This document shows positions 63,238-64,000 of a stretch of 64,000 nt of DNA, piece by piece (the first letter of the stretch is position 1; each line of letters opens with the position of its first letter). The notes under the pieces were generated by a model that searched no databases, was not told where the DNA came from, and saw only the letters and a list, made by a program, of their open reading frames with translations. This stretch comes from Mytilus californianus (taxonomy: Eukaryota). The stretch covers positions 40,300,001 through 40,364,000 of the forward strand of contig NW_026262593.1 in the NCBI RefSeq assembly GCF_021869535.1. The letters run 5' to 3'. A program made the position numbers and the translations under genes.

Positions 63238-63989
63238 TTTTTTGTCTGGCCTTGACAAGAGTCCTGAAGGCAAGACTTAGATGTGCTGTTGCCCGTGGTT
63301 GTAGCTTAAAACTAGTAGCGTTGGAATGTCTCATTTCCAGAAAGATTATTTGTGCCCACCCCTTAGTCATGGTTTATTGACTTTGAAACTTAAGCATAGT
63401 TTACAAGTTCAAGGTTATGATTAGGTCAGTTTGAGGTGACACTACTAATAATAACCCAATGATAATTGGTACGTAGTGTAGTTGTATTAGTATAAGCACA
63501 TCTCACTTCCATGCAGATTATATAGTCCCACCACTTCAGTCATGGTGACTTTGGCAATTTTACATAGTTTACATGTTAAAGTTTGTGATTAGGTCAGTTT
63601 AAGAGGAACTACTTATGATGAGTCAATGATATTTGGTATGCAGTTGTATTAGCATTGGCACATCTCATTTCCATTGAGAGTATTTGGCCGGCCTTCTCCT
63701 TCCTGGTTCATTAGCTTTGGATGTTTTAGCATAGTTTACATTTAAAAGTTTGTGATAATGTCAGTTTACGGTCAACCACTTATGATTAGTCAATGGTATT
63801 TGGTATGCAGTTGTATTATCATTGGCATATTTCATTTCTGTAGAGATAATTTAGCCGGAACCTTCAGTCATAGTTCTTTAAAAATTGGATGTTTTGCATA
63901 GTTTACCAGTATTGCCATTTTAATATCAACATTTGCATTTTACTATAAAAATTACATACAGGCGAGACATACCTCTGTGTCAACAGTTT
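63238..63989 (+). mobile_element. HINE-like element with ~3.5 core repeats of ~167 bp
   Basis: 5' ttttgtctggcc...ggcaagac, cores marked by tt(g/a)tgattaggtcagttt (~63416, ~63583, ~63751), 3' aggcgagacatacctctgtgtcaacagttt. Confidence 0.7.
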
Positions 63990-64000
63990 AAGGTTATAAC

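Overview
AT-rich eukaryotic genomic DNA; the repeat families look like those of a mytilid bivalve (inference, no search run). One protein-coding gene is supported. It is a + strand C2H2 zinc-finger transcription factor with four fingers resembling the Lin-29/Rotund/ZNF384/ZNF362 family. Proposed exons: a 5' exon ending at 13700, then 17988-18077 (ATG 18016), 38322-39211, 50816-50988 and 55524-56813 plus 3' UTR. The spliced CDS is 2415 nt (804 aa) and all intron phases are compatible. The last three exons are well supported; the two 5' exons are predictions from splice signals and phase. The rest is intergenic or intronic DNA full of non-autonomous transposons (hAT-type and TA-flanked MITEs, fold-back MITEs, Helentron/HINE-like elements, tRNA-derived SINEs), a dead RTE-like LINE, a CR1/L2-like fragment and several tandem arrays. 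The most unusual observations are: (1) an intronic tandem array copied from the exon-4/intron boundary, which creates an identical in-frame second splice donor that would split zinc finger 4; (2) an in-frame uORF/stop/restart design in the 5' exons; (3) a 59-bp near-perfect hairpin made by template switching inside a SINE; (4) a complete HINE carrying a 2.2-kb dimeric satellite; (5) a sevenfold EEELRSR protein repeat. No CRISPR array, rRNA or functional tRNA was found. No wholly new multi-gene system is evident. Most short ORFs in the supplied track are artefacts of repeats.
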